A stretch of 64,000 bases of DNA from Podarcis vaucheri (Eukaryota). Below, piece by piece: positions 39,958 to 52,759 of the stretch. Location: the NCBI GenBank assembly GCA_965113315.1, contig OZ220374.1; one strand, 5' to 3'. Below the pieces are notes generated by a model, which saw nothing but the letters and a program-made list of their open reading frames with translations, was not told where the DNA came from and did no database searches. The translations under genes were made by a program, and so were the position numbers. Within the stretch, counting starts at the first letter, position 1. Each line of letters starts with the position of its first letter.

Positions 39958-40199
39958 CAGTGGTACCTCACGTTAAGAACTTAATTCATTCTGGTGGTCT
40001 GTTCTTAACCTGAAACTGTTCTTAACCTGAAGCACCACTTTAGCTAATGGGGCCTCCTGCTGCCGCTGCGCTGCCGCTGCACGATTTCTGTTCTCATCCT
40101 GAAGCAAAGTTCTTAACCTGAGGTAATATTTCTGGGTTAGCGGAGTCTGTAACCTGAAGCGTATGTAACCTGAAGTGTATGTAACCCGAGGAACCACTG
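39958..40199 (-). mobile_element. Tigger-like MITE, inverted relative to the 50505 and 51846 copies (strand label is relative)
   Basis: TA TSD; CAGTGGTACCTC TIR; core aagcaccactttagctaatggggcctcctgctg. Confidence 0.9.
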
Positions 40200-42300
40200 T
40201 AATGGCAATACTTTCATACAGTAACCATCTGAAGCCTCACCAAAATGGCAGGCCACAAGTGTCAAATGTTTTATGCTATTTGCCTCACTACTATTTCCTT
40301 CATCTTCTCTCACTCATTTCCATTGGACATCTCATGTCGCATTTATAATTCATGCAAGAATCTCAGTTGCCCATATCATGCCCCCTAGCTGCCATCGTCT
40401 CAGCTGCTGATGTCACAACCTTTGATGTTAAGAAAGCTTTAGTCGACATAATAGTCGCTTTGGCGATAGAGAAACAGCTGGATCCACATTCCAAACTCTT
40501 TGAGCAATTTATGCAAATATATGAGGACTTTCAAAAGAAATCTTGCTCGTGCAGATCAGCTGAAATGGACAGAACTCCTGAGCTGCTTATCAGATAAAAT
40601 CCATCTGAAACTGTCAATGATGTTAAGTGGCTTTTGCCAACATGTCTATTAGGGCCTGATAGAAAGTGCAATCCAGAACAGCTGGAGGGCACCAGGCGGT
40701 TGAAGGCTGATGTAAAGTCTTCAATGCCAGTATTTTACCTTGGTATTCTGTGTGCCACTATAACCTCAAGAATATGTTGCATTTTGCAATCGTATAAAAT
40801 CTAGATATAATCTCAGAACCATTGTAATGTATTTTATAGCCATGGACAGGGAGACGACCCAAAGCTAATTCAGGAACCACAGGGGTGGGGGAAACTCAAG
40901 AGTTATAAATTTGGGAATGATAAAATTGTAGAGAAGTGAAATAGCCGCAATGCCTGGTTAACCAAATACACAAGTGTGACTAGAATTCATGTGGGTAATG
41001 AGGTAGCTGATCCAATTTTGTTTATGGAGGCATTTATGGTAATGATTTGAAGGTTGACCCATTCTGCATGGCAAAATGCCACCAGCTCTTCCGAGAGCTT
41101 TTAAATGGAGACTTGAGCAATGTGGAACATTAACTGTGATCCTATGATGTTTAATGGACTATGAACAAGTCTTGAATGTAGCAAGTAGAAAGAAGGCTAA
41201 TGTGGACACCTGCCCCCCCCCCCCAGCATACTTCTAGTGCCAAGAACTGAATAAAAGACCAACAGGCTCTTTTTTGAGAGGGTGGGGATTGAGTCTGTTT
41301 CTATTAAGATGGATCTTATATTTCTCATTGAAGGGAATAATCAGCAAAGTTTGTTTGCTGTTCATTAGATGGGAGTTACAGGCTAACTCCTCCCCATATT
41401 TTTCTAGTTGCCTTTGATGGTTTTCCCCCTGCAAAACTTGTGAATCACCATGCCAAATTCAGCTCATCAGCTGTATAGGGCAATTCACCAACAGCTTAAT
41501 AAACTTCTTGTTCTTTTGTGCCTGCCTCTGTCTTCAAAGTAAGGTGGGATTGTCTTATATTAAGCAGGTCCTAATAGGTGGTGGGCAATGCATGGCTCTG
41601 TGGGTTGCAAGTTGTGAGTCTTGGAACTGTTCTTTATGATTCAAGTGCCAGGTTGGATGATGATGGGATAGGGCTTTTTAAAAAACAACAACCATGCAGC
41701 CTGTACCTGGGTATGCCAGAATGCAATTCAGGAAGATGAAAATGTAAATGATTACATGCTGGGGCCATTTAACACTTCTGAGCTTTTCATTTCCTACAGT
41801 CAATTGACAGTGGGAAAGGGCTGAGTGCAAATGGACTGCCAAAGTTTTATGTGCCTAGGAGGTGAAACTGTTGGAGCCATTTCACCAACAGTTCTCCGCA
41901 AGGTGTGGGAATGCTCCAACAGGAAGAAAAGTATCTCCTGAGAAATATTTTGCTCAGTATTAATTGAACCAACGCCACCAAGAAGGAAAGGAGGACTGGA
42001 AGAGCCAGAACCTATTCCTTTCTTCAACAATATTAAAACCGAATCCACAACTGAGTCCAAAATTCTTCACTACAAAAAATGTATATTATATGGTAGGGCT
42101 TGAGATTCTCCAGCAGTCTGGGGTGTCTGTGAAACTGAAGATTCTCACATAATTTATCAGCAAAACACTTTTCTGTGAAACTGGTCCAGTCCCATGAGTT
42201 CACCAAGGTTCCACATAGTAGTGTACTAATATCTAGCAGTGTTGTTATCCATAGTCAAGTGTCCTCTAAGATTTACCTACAGGTACCATTCAACAAAAAA

Positions 42301-42666
42301 GGGACGCGGGTGGCGCTGTGGGATAAACCACAGAGCCTAGGACTTGCCGATCAGAAGGTCGGCGGTTTGAATCCCCGCGACGGGGTGAGCTCCCGTTGCT
42401 CAGTCCCTGCTCCTGCCAACCTAGCAGTTTGAAAGCACGTCAAAGTGCAAGTAGATAAATAGGTACCGCTCCGTCGGGAAGGTAAACGGCGTTTCAGTGC
42501 ACTGCTCTGGTTATCCAGAAGCGGCTTAGTCATGCTGGCCACATGACCCGGAAGCTGTACACTGGCTCCCTCGGCCAGTGAAGTGAGATGAGCGCCGCAA
42601 CCCCAGAGTCGGTCACGACTGGACCTAATGGTCAGGGGACCCTTTACCTTTACCTTTACCTTTACC
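42301..42666 (+). mobile_element. Full-length Sauria SINE
   Basis: tRNA-like head GGGACGCGGGTGGCGCTGTGG, (ACCTTT)n tail, TSD TACCATTCAACAAAA at 42284-42298 and 42663-42677. Confidence 0.9.
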
Positions 42667-44740
42667 ATTCAACAAAAGGTACTTTCCAGTGTTAATGAAA
42701 ACCTTCCTACCAGATTTAACCTTCATTCTCTCTTCTAAGCATGGCTGGAGATTAGGAATTAATTACGCCTTAACTACCCTTTGAAAACTCTCATTTAATT
42801 GTCAGTTTTGTTCCTGGGAGGCTTTAATAAAAGATTTACCCCCTCGGAGGGGGGCGGGACTTTTCATTTTAAACACAGAAGAAATTAATTAAAGGCACAG
42901 TAGCTCTAAAATTGTTGAGGACTTTTCTTTAGGAGCATTCCAGCATGGGAGTCTGGGTTAGAATGCTGGCACACTTAGGCACACACTTCTGAATCACTGG
43001 TTGCTAATTCAGTGATTAATGTTATATAGTAAAACAAAACAAAAAACCAAAACTTAAGATTTGTGAGAAGGCGGCCTGGTATATAGCAGTTTTACAGTCA
43101 GCTTCAAAAAGAAGCCAGTTTGGAAAATCCACACAAACCTTTCTAGATTATTACAGACCAGACTGAAGAGTGAATTTCAAAGCAACTGAAAGCTTTGGTT
43201 ACAACTGTTGGGTGTCATTTCATTGGTTTTTGAGTTTGAGAAATATGTTTGGGGAAACTGAGGCTACAATCCTGAACACCATTAAAAGGGGATTATGCCC
43301 CAATGAACACAGTGAGGCTTACTTCTGCATAAAACGTGGATGTAAGAGCATTCCGAGGGGGTTGTGTTGCCCACCCTACAGTCTGCTCAGAGACCTCTTA
43401 CATCCATAGGTGAATTGCACTCTAAAATATGCTTTAACAACATTTATTGCCTCTAAATGTGAATAGACAGTCTTTGGATACTAGTGTGCAATGTGGTACT
43501 AAATGCAGGGGCTCTCCTCAGTCATTGCGAGGGTACACAGGCCACAGCTTAAACGTTTCTGCACCACATAGATAGAGGCAAAGTTTACATATTAGAGACG
43601 TAGAAAGAGTTGTGTAGATTGAAATAAACCTTTTGAATCATGGGAAATATTTTCATGGAAAGATTTAAAAATAATAATATCCGTTTCAACAACATTAATT
43701 TTGCTGTTGCATACAGCTGACAAGGATTTAATTTGTCATTTTGAAATATATTTTAGCAGGCATTAAAAATGAAGGGTTGTTAGCACAGTGCCATCCAAAT
43801 TGATGATGTGTTATTGATTACCAAGTAATAGCTGCAACATTTATTAATCATTACAGAAAATTACTAGGTAAAAAGAATACTTCTGTATGAAAAATTAGAA
43901 CCATGCTTTCCCAACAGAAAAGCACTGGTTTATGGGACAGGATTCCATTGGAAATCTATAAGATGGGGACGACTACCTGTGACTCTATTTTTCAAAGGCA
44001 TTAGGTTTGCTGAACGATAGAAAGAATAGTAGGCCAATAAATGGCAAACAGACATAATGCTGAGGGATGCATTGAGAACTGAAGGCCAATGAGAAAATGG
44101 ATCAAGTATTGATAAAGGATGCTACTTGATAGAAAAGTTACCACCATACAAATGTACAAGGCACAGCATCTAATCTCATTATAAGCACTGGCAGAGAACT
44201 CAAATTAAGGAGTGAGGAATGGGCTACATAGTTGAATTTGAAAGTAGCTGAGATCTTTAATTATATTTTGAAAGGGTGGGTAATCAAAATAGCACACAAT
44301 TTATCTTGCAAGTAATAGGAGGTCATATCCCCCATGGCTAGAATTTGCTTTGAATTAATCTAGTGGAAGACTAGTTTTGTATCTTGCACATTTGCGAAAA
44401 GTAATCAATAACAATTTATTTAAATAAATGTATATTATGTTAATAATGTGGCTGAATGGGTTTGGGGGGAAATTCTCTAATTCCATGTTAAAAGATTCAG
44501 TGCCCACCCCAAACAAAAAAAGAAGATATATTCAATTGGTTTATGGGGGGAAATGCAATAACGCCCAATATAACTATATCATATATTAGACACCAAAACA
44601 ATAGCTTCATAACCTGGCAGGGCTAGAAAGCAGTAAAACACCTCATTTTTACAGACAGCCTCTGTGCATTGCCACAAAGAATGCTAGCTTGTTAGATTTG
44701 CTACGAAGTAGTGCAAGATTAGGATTGGAGTAAGGCCTAC

Positions 44741-44842
44741 CCCAAGTTTTTTCCTGATGGCTTCCAGCTTTTCAGTAGCTGCTGCAAGTTCAGCATTTGC
44801 TTGGGCCAATGCTTGGCGTTTTGGCTCCACATCACAGTATAC
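44741..44842 (-). CDS. DNAH11: DNAH11 exon H ([34 protein letters not shown]), stalk CC2
   Basis: cccag acceptor, GGG|gtaggc donor, 102 nt. Confidence 0.95.
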
Positions 44843-45854
44843 CTGGGAATTCCAATATTAGAAATTCTTAAAACTATGATAACACAAAAAAGTTTTAACA
44901 AGAAGTGATGAAACGGCCATGTTTTTTATTGCAAGGTGATCCACCTTCAGTTGTCTCCACAGTTTATTAGGCAATATTTCAGCCGGAATTGATTGCACGC
45001 TCCCTTCTTTTCAAGTTTTCAAGACGCACTTGCAAGTCATAGGAAGAAACATCACAGAATAGATAAATTGGATGCATTAGATAAACATTTAATTAAAAGT
45101 AACGTCCTGGAATATGATAGATAATCTAACACTTGTATTTCGGTAACCATTTGCTATCAGATTGCTCTGCATTTGCTATTTGGTGCATCACAATCTTAGC
45201 CTCCAATATGAATGGAAGTCTTTTCCTTCCTTTGCTGAAAAGTCTGTTGTCTCCAGGGGAGGCTGGTTTATTAGGACAAACAGAGCATTGGCCCACCAAC
45301 TTCAACCTGCCCCCCGCCCTTGCCGGACTTCTTATTTACACCCTGCCCAGGAGAATGGCACTGCCTGTTCATTTCCTCTTCCCCCATCTCTGTTTTGCCT
45401 TTGTAGAACTAATCAGGGAGGAGGGGGCAGAATGAGTTGGTTTTGCCTGTCATTGGCTGCAATTCTTTACATCATTAGCTCTAGCTCCACCTACTGTTGA
45501 TCTCCTTCTACCCTACCCATCCCATCCCATCCACTCACCACTGGTTTTCTCTCGTTACATTGCAAGGTGCTTTATGAACCCAACACCCTATCCTTGTGAG
45601 GTTTACTTGATGGTGTACATGAAAGGATGGTGGCATGATTTAAAAAAAAAAAATACTGGGTTGTATCCAGACTGTATCAGCTATTCTTTAGCCTCACTAA
45701 AACCAAGTTAAGGACATGCTAATCATGCCTGATTTAAGTCTCATTGCTTTCACTGTACCCACACACATATCACAAGGTTGGTTTCTCTATGTTGTGCCAT
45801 AGTCTGAAAACTTAGCTTTGCCATGCTGTTCTTAACATTCTAATAGAGTGCAAA

Positions 45855-46050
45855 ATACTATCCAGCATTTCCATTGTGCATTTAGAGTGTTCAAAGTGTT
45901 TCACATACATTATTTCACTAATGATGGTAACACCCCGATAAGGCATTTTCCAGCGCTTTTGAGGCTGAGAGATGGGGACTTGTGTAAGACCGCCTGGTAA
46001 GTTCATGGTGAAGAGAAAGCTTGAACTGAACTTGCTCACATATCTTAGCA
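45855..46050 (-). mobile_element. Old MIR/CORE-like SINE relic
   Basis: aaagtgtttcacatacattatttca...tgaggctgagaga...aagttcatgg pattern. Confidence 0.45.
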
Positions 46051-46242
46051 GCTAGATCATAACTTAAGAGGGACATCCATTTGATATGTTCTAATAAAAA
46101 TAAGTTACACAAAGTTTGTACCCTGTGCAACCTTCATCTTGCTATTCTCTGCTGAAAATATTGCTTCTCCAATGAGCGGCCACCAGATACCTAAGCTATT
46201 CCCCCAATTTATTTCTCCAATTGCAACAAACACATTCAGTAC

Positions 46243-46425
46243 CTCATAGAATTTCACTATGTTGATAACCCAAGCACAGAGGCCAGCTGCTGCAAATGAC
46301 TTAGTGCGAACCAGGTTTGGGTTGAATTCCGTGTCTTTCAAGTAATGTTCTTTGACCACTTTTAGACAATTCCCTGGGATGTGCTCCTTGTCATAGTTAA
46401 TTAAAGCTTGCAAGAATTCATCAAC
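46243..46425 (-). CDS. DNAH11: DNAH11 exon G ([16 protein letters not shown]...[17 protein letters not shown]), MTBD
   Basis: ttccag acceptor, GAG|gtactg donor, 183 nt. Confidence 0.95.
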
Positions 46426-46827
46426 CTGGAAGGCAGTTAATGCACTTAACTTATTATTGTTGAATAACACTTCAAGCCTGCAAGTTGATTTCAAAATACA
46501 AAAGGTTAAAACCCAAACAAGCATAGTGACCCCCGTTTTTAAAATAGCAAATAAGTATTGATCTAAAAAGTAAGTCATTTTATGCATATGCACTTGCAAA
46601 TGATAAGTAGAATCCTAGAAGCATAGAGTTGTAGATGGAAGGGACCACAAGGATCATCTAGTGAACTCATTGCGCAGGAATATTTTGCCCAACATGGGGC
46701 TCAAATTCACAACCCTGAGGAAGTTTACTCCTGTGTCTCAATATATACATGAACATTATTATTTAAATTCAGAGTCATATCATCAGGTTGCAATGCAGTT
46801 TACAGATGGTGATAATGTTGCAAGAAC

Positions 46828-46971
46828 CTTTCCCATGAAGAGTCTAGCTGCATTCCAGGTTCGGTCTTTTGGTACTTTCCCTTTATTCGCCAGTAGGACC
46901 ATTACAGCAGCTGTAACGTTGGTCACTGCAATTGGTGGGTTAGGGAAGGCCTTCAGTTCAGAAAGGTTCAC
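46828..46971 (-). CDS. DNAH11: DNAH11 exon F ([13 protein letters not shown]...[10 protein letters not shown]), MTBD
   Basis: cttcag acceptor, AAG|gttctt donor, 144 nt. Confidence 0.95.
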
Positions 46972-47091
46972 CTGAAGAACAGCAACAAAGATGGTGTTGA
47001 AAGAAAGCCGAACGCGTGCTGGGAGAACAAAAAGCATTGTGACAACTTGAAGAGATTGGCAAGGGTTAGGATCGCTCTGCCTAAGTATGCT

Positions 47092-48349
47092 TGTGGAACG
47101 CTGCATGCACAGAGGTGTGTGGGTGGCAAGGCTCAACCTGAGGCATTCCAGGGTCAGCCAGGGGCGCCCTTGGATCGGTTGACAGTCAATGTAACTGTAG
47201 CCTTATTGGAGTTCACCGATTGGGTCTGCGTTGCTCCCGAACAGGAGGAAGGAAGTCAAATGTCACAGAGGGTTGGTTCAGAGAAAGAGTTCTTTGTTTC
47301 TGCTCTCCGGAACAGCAGAAAGGCACTTGCGTGGTCAGTCCACAGCAAGTCCAAAGAAATGAGAAATTTCATGCAGTATATATATCCTCCAGGCACCCTC
47401 TCCCCCCTCCCCCAGGAATCCAACCACGTCAGACTATACACGCAGGTTGACATCACATATGTTCCTGCTCCGGTATCCTTAACCATAAAAGGGTATTCCT
47501 TCCTGTACTTCTAACCATAAAAGGGTATTCCTTCCTGTACTTCTGACCATAAAAGGATATTCTTGTTCCTACTCTTATCTTGGAGCAAGAGGTCACCAAC
47601 TCCAAGAACATACTCTGGCGCTGTTCCCAGATTAGGTCTGTGCATCAGGACGTAAGATAAGACCTAGAGTGTCATAGACTCTCCTCCCTGCAAGAGAGGG
47701 GAGTGGTTGTGGGCGGGAGCCCGGACTCCGCCCTGGCAGGGGCCTTAGCCCCTGCCCCTCCTTACCTTCTCCTCCCCCTCAGTCCTCGTCGTCCTGCAGC
47801 GAGTCACCCACCCTCCACTCCCATTTAGCTCAGGGTCTAGGTGTTTGGCCTTGCTATGGACCTTAGGTTGGTTGCCCCGGTTGTCTGGGGGGCCTGGTAG
47901 GAATTTTTCCATTTGGCATTCGGCCTTTTGGTTTTTTCGCCTACCTCGTAGCAATCGTCACAACTTTTGTGGTATTGGTGGGTAGGTTAGGCATTGGATT
48001 CATGTGTTGTGCTGTGTCAAGGGCTAGGTGTGGCCATCGCCTATGCTATCTACCGTGGGTTATTCCGTTAAAGGAATCTGGCGGTCGTGTATTCCGTCCG
48101 ATGCCTGCTTGGTGGGAGGCCATGGCATGACCCTCGGTGACATCAGGGGGTGAGCCTATAGTTGGATGAGCATCAACAGGCTCCACCCACTGTTGAATAA
48201 ACCCACCACCTATAGTCATCCAATGCCTAAGCCAATACCTTTTCACCGCTGTAATCAATAAAGTTGTGGCCTTTTCTTGCCCATTAACCTTATACCACGT
48301 GTCCATGTGTATTTATTTCACTTAGCGGGGTCGGGGCCCTCGATCCACA
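47092..48349 (+). mobile_element. Probable solo LTR
   Basis: Inverted termini TGTGGAACG...CGATCCACA, AATAAA at 48257-48262, raised GC/CpG, internal 32-bp repeats; 5-bp TSD is degenerate (atgct/accct). Confidence 0.7.
47480..47575. repeat. 32-bp tandem repeat, about 3 copies, inside the LTR
   Basis: TAACCATAAAAGGGTATTCCTTCCTGTACTTC exact twice plus one diverged copy. Confidence 0.9.
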
Positions 48350-49442
48350 ACCCTATTCCACTGGGACAGCCAAGGTCATCCTTGCCGTGACTGATAAAGG
48401 AGAGAGCTGTGTTCTTGTGATGCATTTGCTCAACGGCTCAAGTTTATGCATTTTAGAAATGCTAAGAAGAAAAGGGGGGGGGTTCTGAGTCAGTTTTAAA
48501 CTGACTACACAGAAACCCATTCCTTCACAACTACTGAGGAAAGCTAGAGAGGGGATAAAAGACAGAAGCTCCACCTTCACCTTGCACCCTAGCTGGTAGA
48601 GTTTTGGAGATGGCAGATTGCCCACCAGTTAACTCCTGTCCCAATCCCACTTATGATTGTTCCGTAACTTGGCTACCTGTGATCCCCTTCCTCTACTAGA
48701 GCTGAAGATGTCTATAAGTAGAGAACAAATGAAAACTGTAAGAATATAACGGGTGTTATTGTATCAGAGCAAAAGATCACACAGTACAACACTCTGCACC
48801 CAATATATAGTCACAACTGGGATGTCACTGTTTCCATGGTTGCATAAGAGATACTGTCTAAGTTCTAATGGGGAAAATATTAATTGGTTTGGATATTTTT
48901 GTGTTATTAATTATACTGCTCTGTGTTTAACTAGGATAAGCGTATCACATTTTATCACACAGTGGAGCTAGAAGCTTGTTTGTTTCACGCAAGTAGATGC
49001 AATTTCAAATGGAATCTGATGCAAAAACTCATCGCTAGAATGGGTTCATGAAGGCTTTCAACTTTCATTAAAACTATCAAATTGATACACGGCATTGTCA
49101 CAAAAGGTACATTCCAAAACACAGAAGTGTTGAAAAGATTACCCAGGGCAAATTAGTGTGCTTGGAGCGCTGGTAAAATGCAACATATCCAAACTGAAGA
49201 AATGCTGTTTGGATGCCATGAAATAATTTAATATAGCTTGGCATTCATTACATGAAAAATGGAATAATCTGGAAAGACCGACAAAGAGAAAAAGACTCCA
49301 TGAGAGCATGAAAACTACGCTAGTAATCATCCCAAACTACATTCTTGGAAAAGCGAGCAGGCTGTATTTGGGGTGGTGGGGGATGGGAACTTGCAGTCAA
49401 CACATCACATGGCAGACAACCATACCACAGTTTGCTATTTAC

Positions 49443-49556
49443 CTTATTAAGCGTATTTAAAGCTGCAGTAGCAGCCACCAGGGCAGGTTCTGCTTTCACC
49501 AGGTCATCCTCACACTCTTTCTGTTTCCGAGATACTTCTGCTTGGATGGCAACAAC
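49443..49556 (-). CDS. DNAH11: DNAH11 exon E (VVAIQAEV...[17 protein letters not shown]), CC1/MTBD junction
   Basis: atag acceptor, AAG|gtaaa donor, 114 nt. Confidence 0.95.
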
Positions 49557-49959
49557 CTATTTGAACACACACTCTTAAGTTTTGATTAAGGCAGCAATCA
49601 TGGAATTAATTACTTCAAAGTAGGCTTCAATTAAATCAATTGAGACTTAATTCTGAGCAAACACGGTTAGGAATAGAATGTAGGGAAGGCAGTGAGTACC
49701 TGACATTGCAGTATTGCTAAAGCCATTATTAAAACTAATGTATTTATCATGTTCTGTACATGATAAACCACTATTATTTCAACAAGTTAAAAAAAAAGGG
49801 ATGACCAGTGTTTATTACAATATGTAGCATTAAAATGTTTCTGGATCTCTGTAGTTGAAAGATACATCTGTTGCCCAATGCCCTCTTAATTTGAATAAAT
49901 TATATTGTTTAATCTTTGTAGACAAATTTAAGCCTTTTAAGGCAGTTTTAATTAATATA

Positions 49960-49975
49960 AATAATAAAATAATAA

Positions 49976-50015
<40 letters not shown>

Positions 50016-50215
50016 TCATTTATACCCTGTCCATCTGGCTGGTTTCCCAAGCCACTCTGGGCGGTTTACAGCATATAAAAATTTGTAAAAACGGAAGACA
50101 TTAAAAATTGCCCCAAACAGGACTGCCTTCAGATGTCTTCTAAAAGTCAGATAGTTGTTTATTTCCTTGACATCTGATGGGAGGGTGTTCTACAGGGCGG
50201 GTGCTACCACCAACA
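49960..50215 (-). mobile_element. L2 3' end fragment with (AAT)n tail
   Basis: Reverse complement matches 19530-19725. Confidence 0.8.
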
Positions 50216-50504
50216 AGGTTTTAAATTTATTATAATCAGTGATATGTTGATCATTCATTTTGAACGTGTTTTTGGCAAGCAGTTAAGAAAATATATGATG
50301 AGATTATTTTGAGGGTCACAAAAAGTAAGTCTTATTCTTTAAAGTGTTGACAGGATGTTATCTCCTGAAAATCACACTATGTGCTGAAGCTTATTGCTTC
50401 AAAAAGTGTGTTTTGAAACACGTCAACAGCATCCCCCAGTCCTAACACCATCAGAACAATACCGAATAACAGCAATCAGAGGCTCAGCAAGGGAGGGAAC
50501 CCTA

Positions 50505-50725
50505 GTACCTCGGGTTACATATGCTTCAGGTTACAGACTCCGCTAACCCAAAAATAGTGCTTCAGGTTAAGAAATTTGCTTCAGGATGAGAACAGAAATC
50601 GTGCTCCGGCGGTGCAGCAGCAGCAGGAGGCCCCATTAGCTAAAGTGGTGCTTCAGGTTAAGAACAGTTTCAGATTAAGTACAGACCTCCGGAACGAATT
50701 AAGTACTTAACCCGAGGTACCACTG
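50505..50725 (+). mobile_element. Tigger-like MITE of the same family, left TIR clipped
   Basis: Core cagcaggaggccccattagctaaagtggtgctt; right end GAGGTACCACTG|TA. Confidence 0.88.
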
Positions 50726-51361
50726 TACAGAAAACAGCGCTCAGGTTGTTGGTGAGTGCTAGGCACTTTGGTTCTATCCTGTCAGTTTTACACAACCTGC
50801 AGTGACTGCAAGTTTGTATTCTGAGGTCAATTCAAGGCGCCGGTGTTGACCTTTAAAGCAGGAGTAGCTAATCTACAACTGGTGGGTCAAATCTGACCTG
50901 CCAAGTCACAAATTGTGGACCACCTGCTTGGTCTGTACAGTGATCCCTAGATAGCAGATATGCTCTCTAAAGAGTAGCCAGAGGGGATATTTGATCTTAG
51001 TGCTAAATTCCACAGCACTGTGATAAAAGATAAAGCCCCCTGCCTGCTCTTTTGAGAGGAATAGGCAGCATTTTTCCCACACCTCATCCCTGGAATGGGT
51101 GGAAACTCTGCCTTTTACATTTTTCAGTTGCTAGAGCTGGGGTGTGGAGGGCTTTAAATGCTGGATTTGTGGGTGCAGGAGCTGCAGGTGTGCTTGGGAG
51201 AGTATGTATGAGTGGGGCTCTGAACATCATAAGAACAGGGTCAGTCCAAAGACCTAAAATGGTGTTCAGAGGCATACTGTGGTCACTGATGGTGTTCATC
51301 TCTACATCTTGTAGTAATTTAACTATGTACCATGTGAAGAAGCATTTCCTTAAGTCTAACC

Positions 51362-51497
51362 CAGTGATGGCCAAACTTGGCACTCCAGCTACTTGGGGAC
51401 TACAACTCCCATCATCCCTAGCGAACAGGACCAGCAGTCAGGGATGATGGGGATTGTAGTCCCAAAACAGCTGGAGGGCCAAGTTTGGCCATCACTG
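51362..51497. mobile_element. hAT-type palindromic MITE with an abnormal right flank
   Basis: TIR CAGTGATGGCCAAACTTGGC; same core as the 31365 copy. Confidence 0.9.
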
Positions 51498-51845
51498 GGT
51501 TAGACTCTAACTTGAATCTTTCAACACTCAGCTTCATTGGATGACCCCATGTGCTAGTATCATGAGACCCTACTCATGCAGTAAGGCTTCACGGCAGCTC
51601 CCAGCCGCTGCCAAGCTATTCCTGATGGCTGGGGGATACATCAGCAGGGTGTGGGATGTGGCACAGGGCCTGTAGCAGGAGAGTTCAAAGGAAATACGGG
51701 GAATGAGTGGAAATGGCTTTTGGCTCATATTTCCTAAGTTGTTCTGGTTTACAAATCATTAGGTTGGGAAATAGCAAGATGTGACACTTTCTTTTTTTAA
51801 TCATACTGTATGTATCTAGTCTTATGTAACAGAACTAAAAAAGTA

Positions 51846-52071
51846 CAGTGGTACCTCGGGTTACATACGCTTCAGGTTACAGACTCCGCTAATCCAGAAA
51901 TAGTGCTTCAGTTTAAGTACTTCGCTTCAGGATAAGAACAGAAATCGTGTTCCGGCGGCGTGGTGGCAGCAGGAGGCCCCATTAGCTAAAGTGGTGCTTC
52001 AGGTTAAGAACAGTTTCAGGTTAAGAATGGACCTCCGGAACGAATTAAGTACTTAAGCTGAGGTACCACTG
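51846..52071 (+). mobile_element. Tigger-like MITE of the same family, complete
   Basis: TA|CAGTGGTACCTC...GAGGTACCACTG|TA. Confidence 0.9.
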
Positions 52072-52612
52072 TATATTGGTTAATGAAGCCAAATATAAGT
52101 AATGTTAATGTGAAACTTGAGTTCAGTATGCAGAAGGACACGGAATCTGGACAGTTAATGCTGAACCCTAGAAAGTACATCACAGAATGCAAAATTTGGA
52201 AGTGAAACTGCAGGTCAGTGAAATGGACTTCAAGAACAATTGAGCTGTTCAATTGAACTAAAAAAAAAAAAAAAAGCCTTTAAAAACCTGAAGTGCTCAG
52301 AGATGACTCTCTGACCTTTACTGTATTACATACAGGCCTGATTCCCAAGATCCCCATCCATTATATGCTTGAATGAGTTCAGTGCTTATTGTTCTTTCAT
52401 ATCATTAAAAGAGCTAAAAGGTTGGAAAAATGCATAATGTAAAGAAAGGTCAAGTGGTAATCATGGTGTGAAATGTTGAAACATGTGTAAGTATAATAAT
52501 TCTTTAGATTTTATGCTCCCTGGAGAGGTAGGTGTTCAAAATTGTTCACCTACAAAGGTTTATTATGTACTAAATATAGCTCAACAACACTAAATTGTGG
52601 AATTGCACTGAC

Positions 52613-52759
52613 CTTTTGCTCCTCTGCATCAGCGATGGCCTTTTCCTTGCTCACTTTCTCAGTCTGAAGCCCTATCTTGGTAATCAAAGCTTCAGCATCT
52701 TGATTTCTCAGTTGCAGCTCTGCCTCTTGAGAGGCAAGTCTGTGTTTTAAGTCCTCCAC
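52613..52759 (-). CDS. DNAH11: DNAH11 exon D ([15 protein letters not shown]...DAEEQK), stalk CC1
   Basis: ccttag acceptor, AAG|gtcagt donor, 147 nt. Confidence 0.95.

Noticed and set aside
42301-42380. tRNA-like sequence
   Set aside because: It is the tRNA-derived head of a Sauria SINE, not a tRNA gene.
47047-47514. 155-aa ORF
   Set aside because: Lies in the probable LTR and has no gag, pol or env motif that I recognise.
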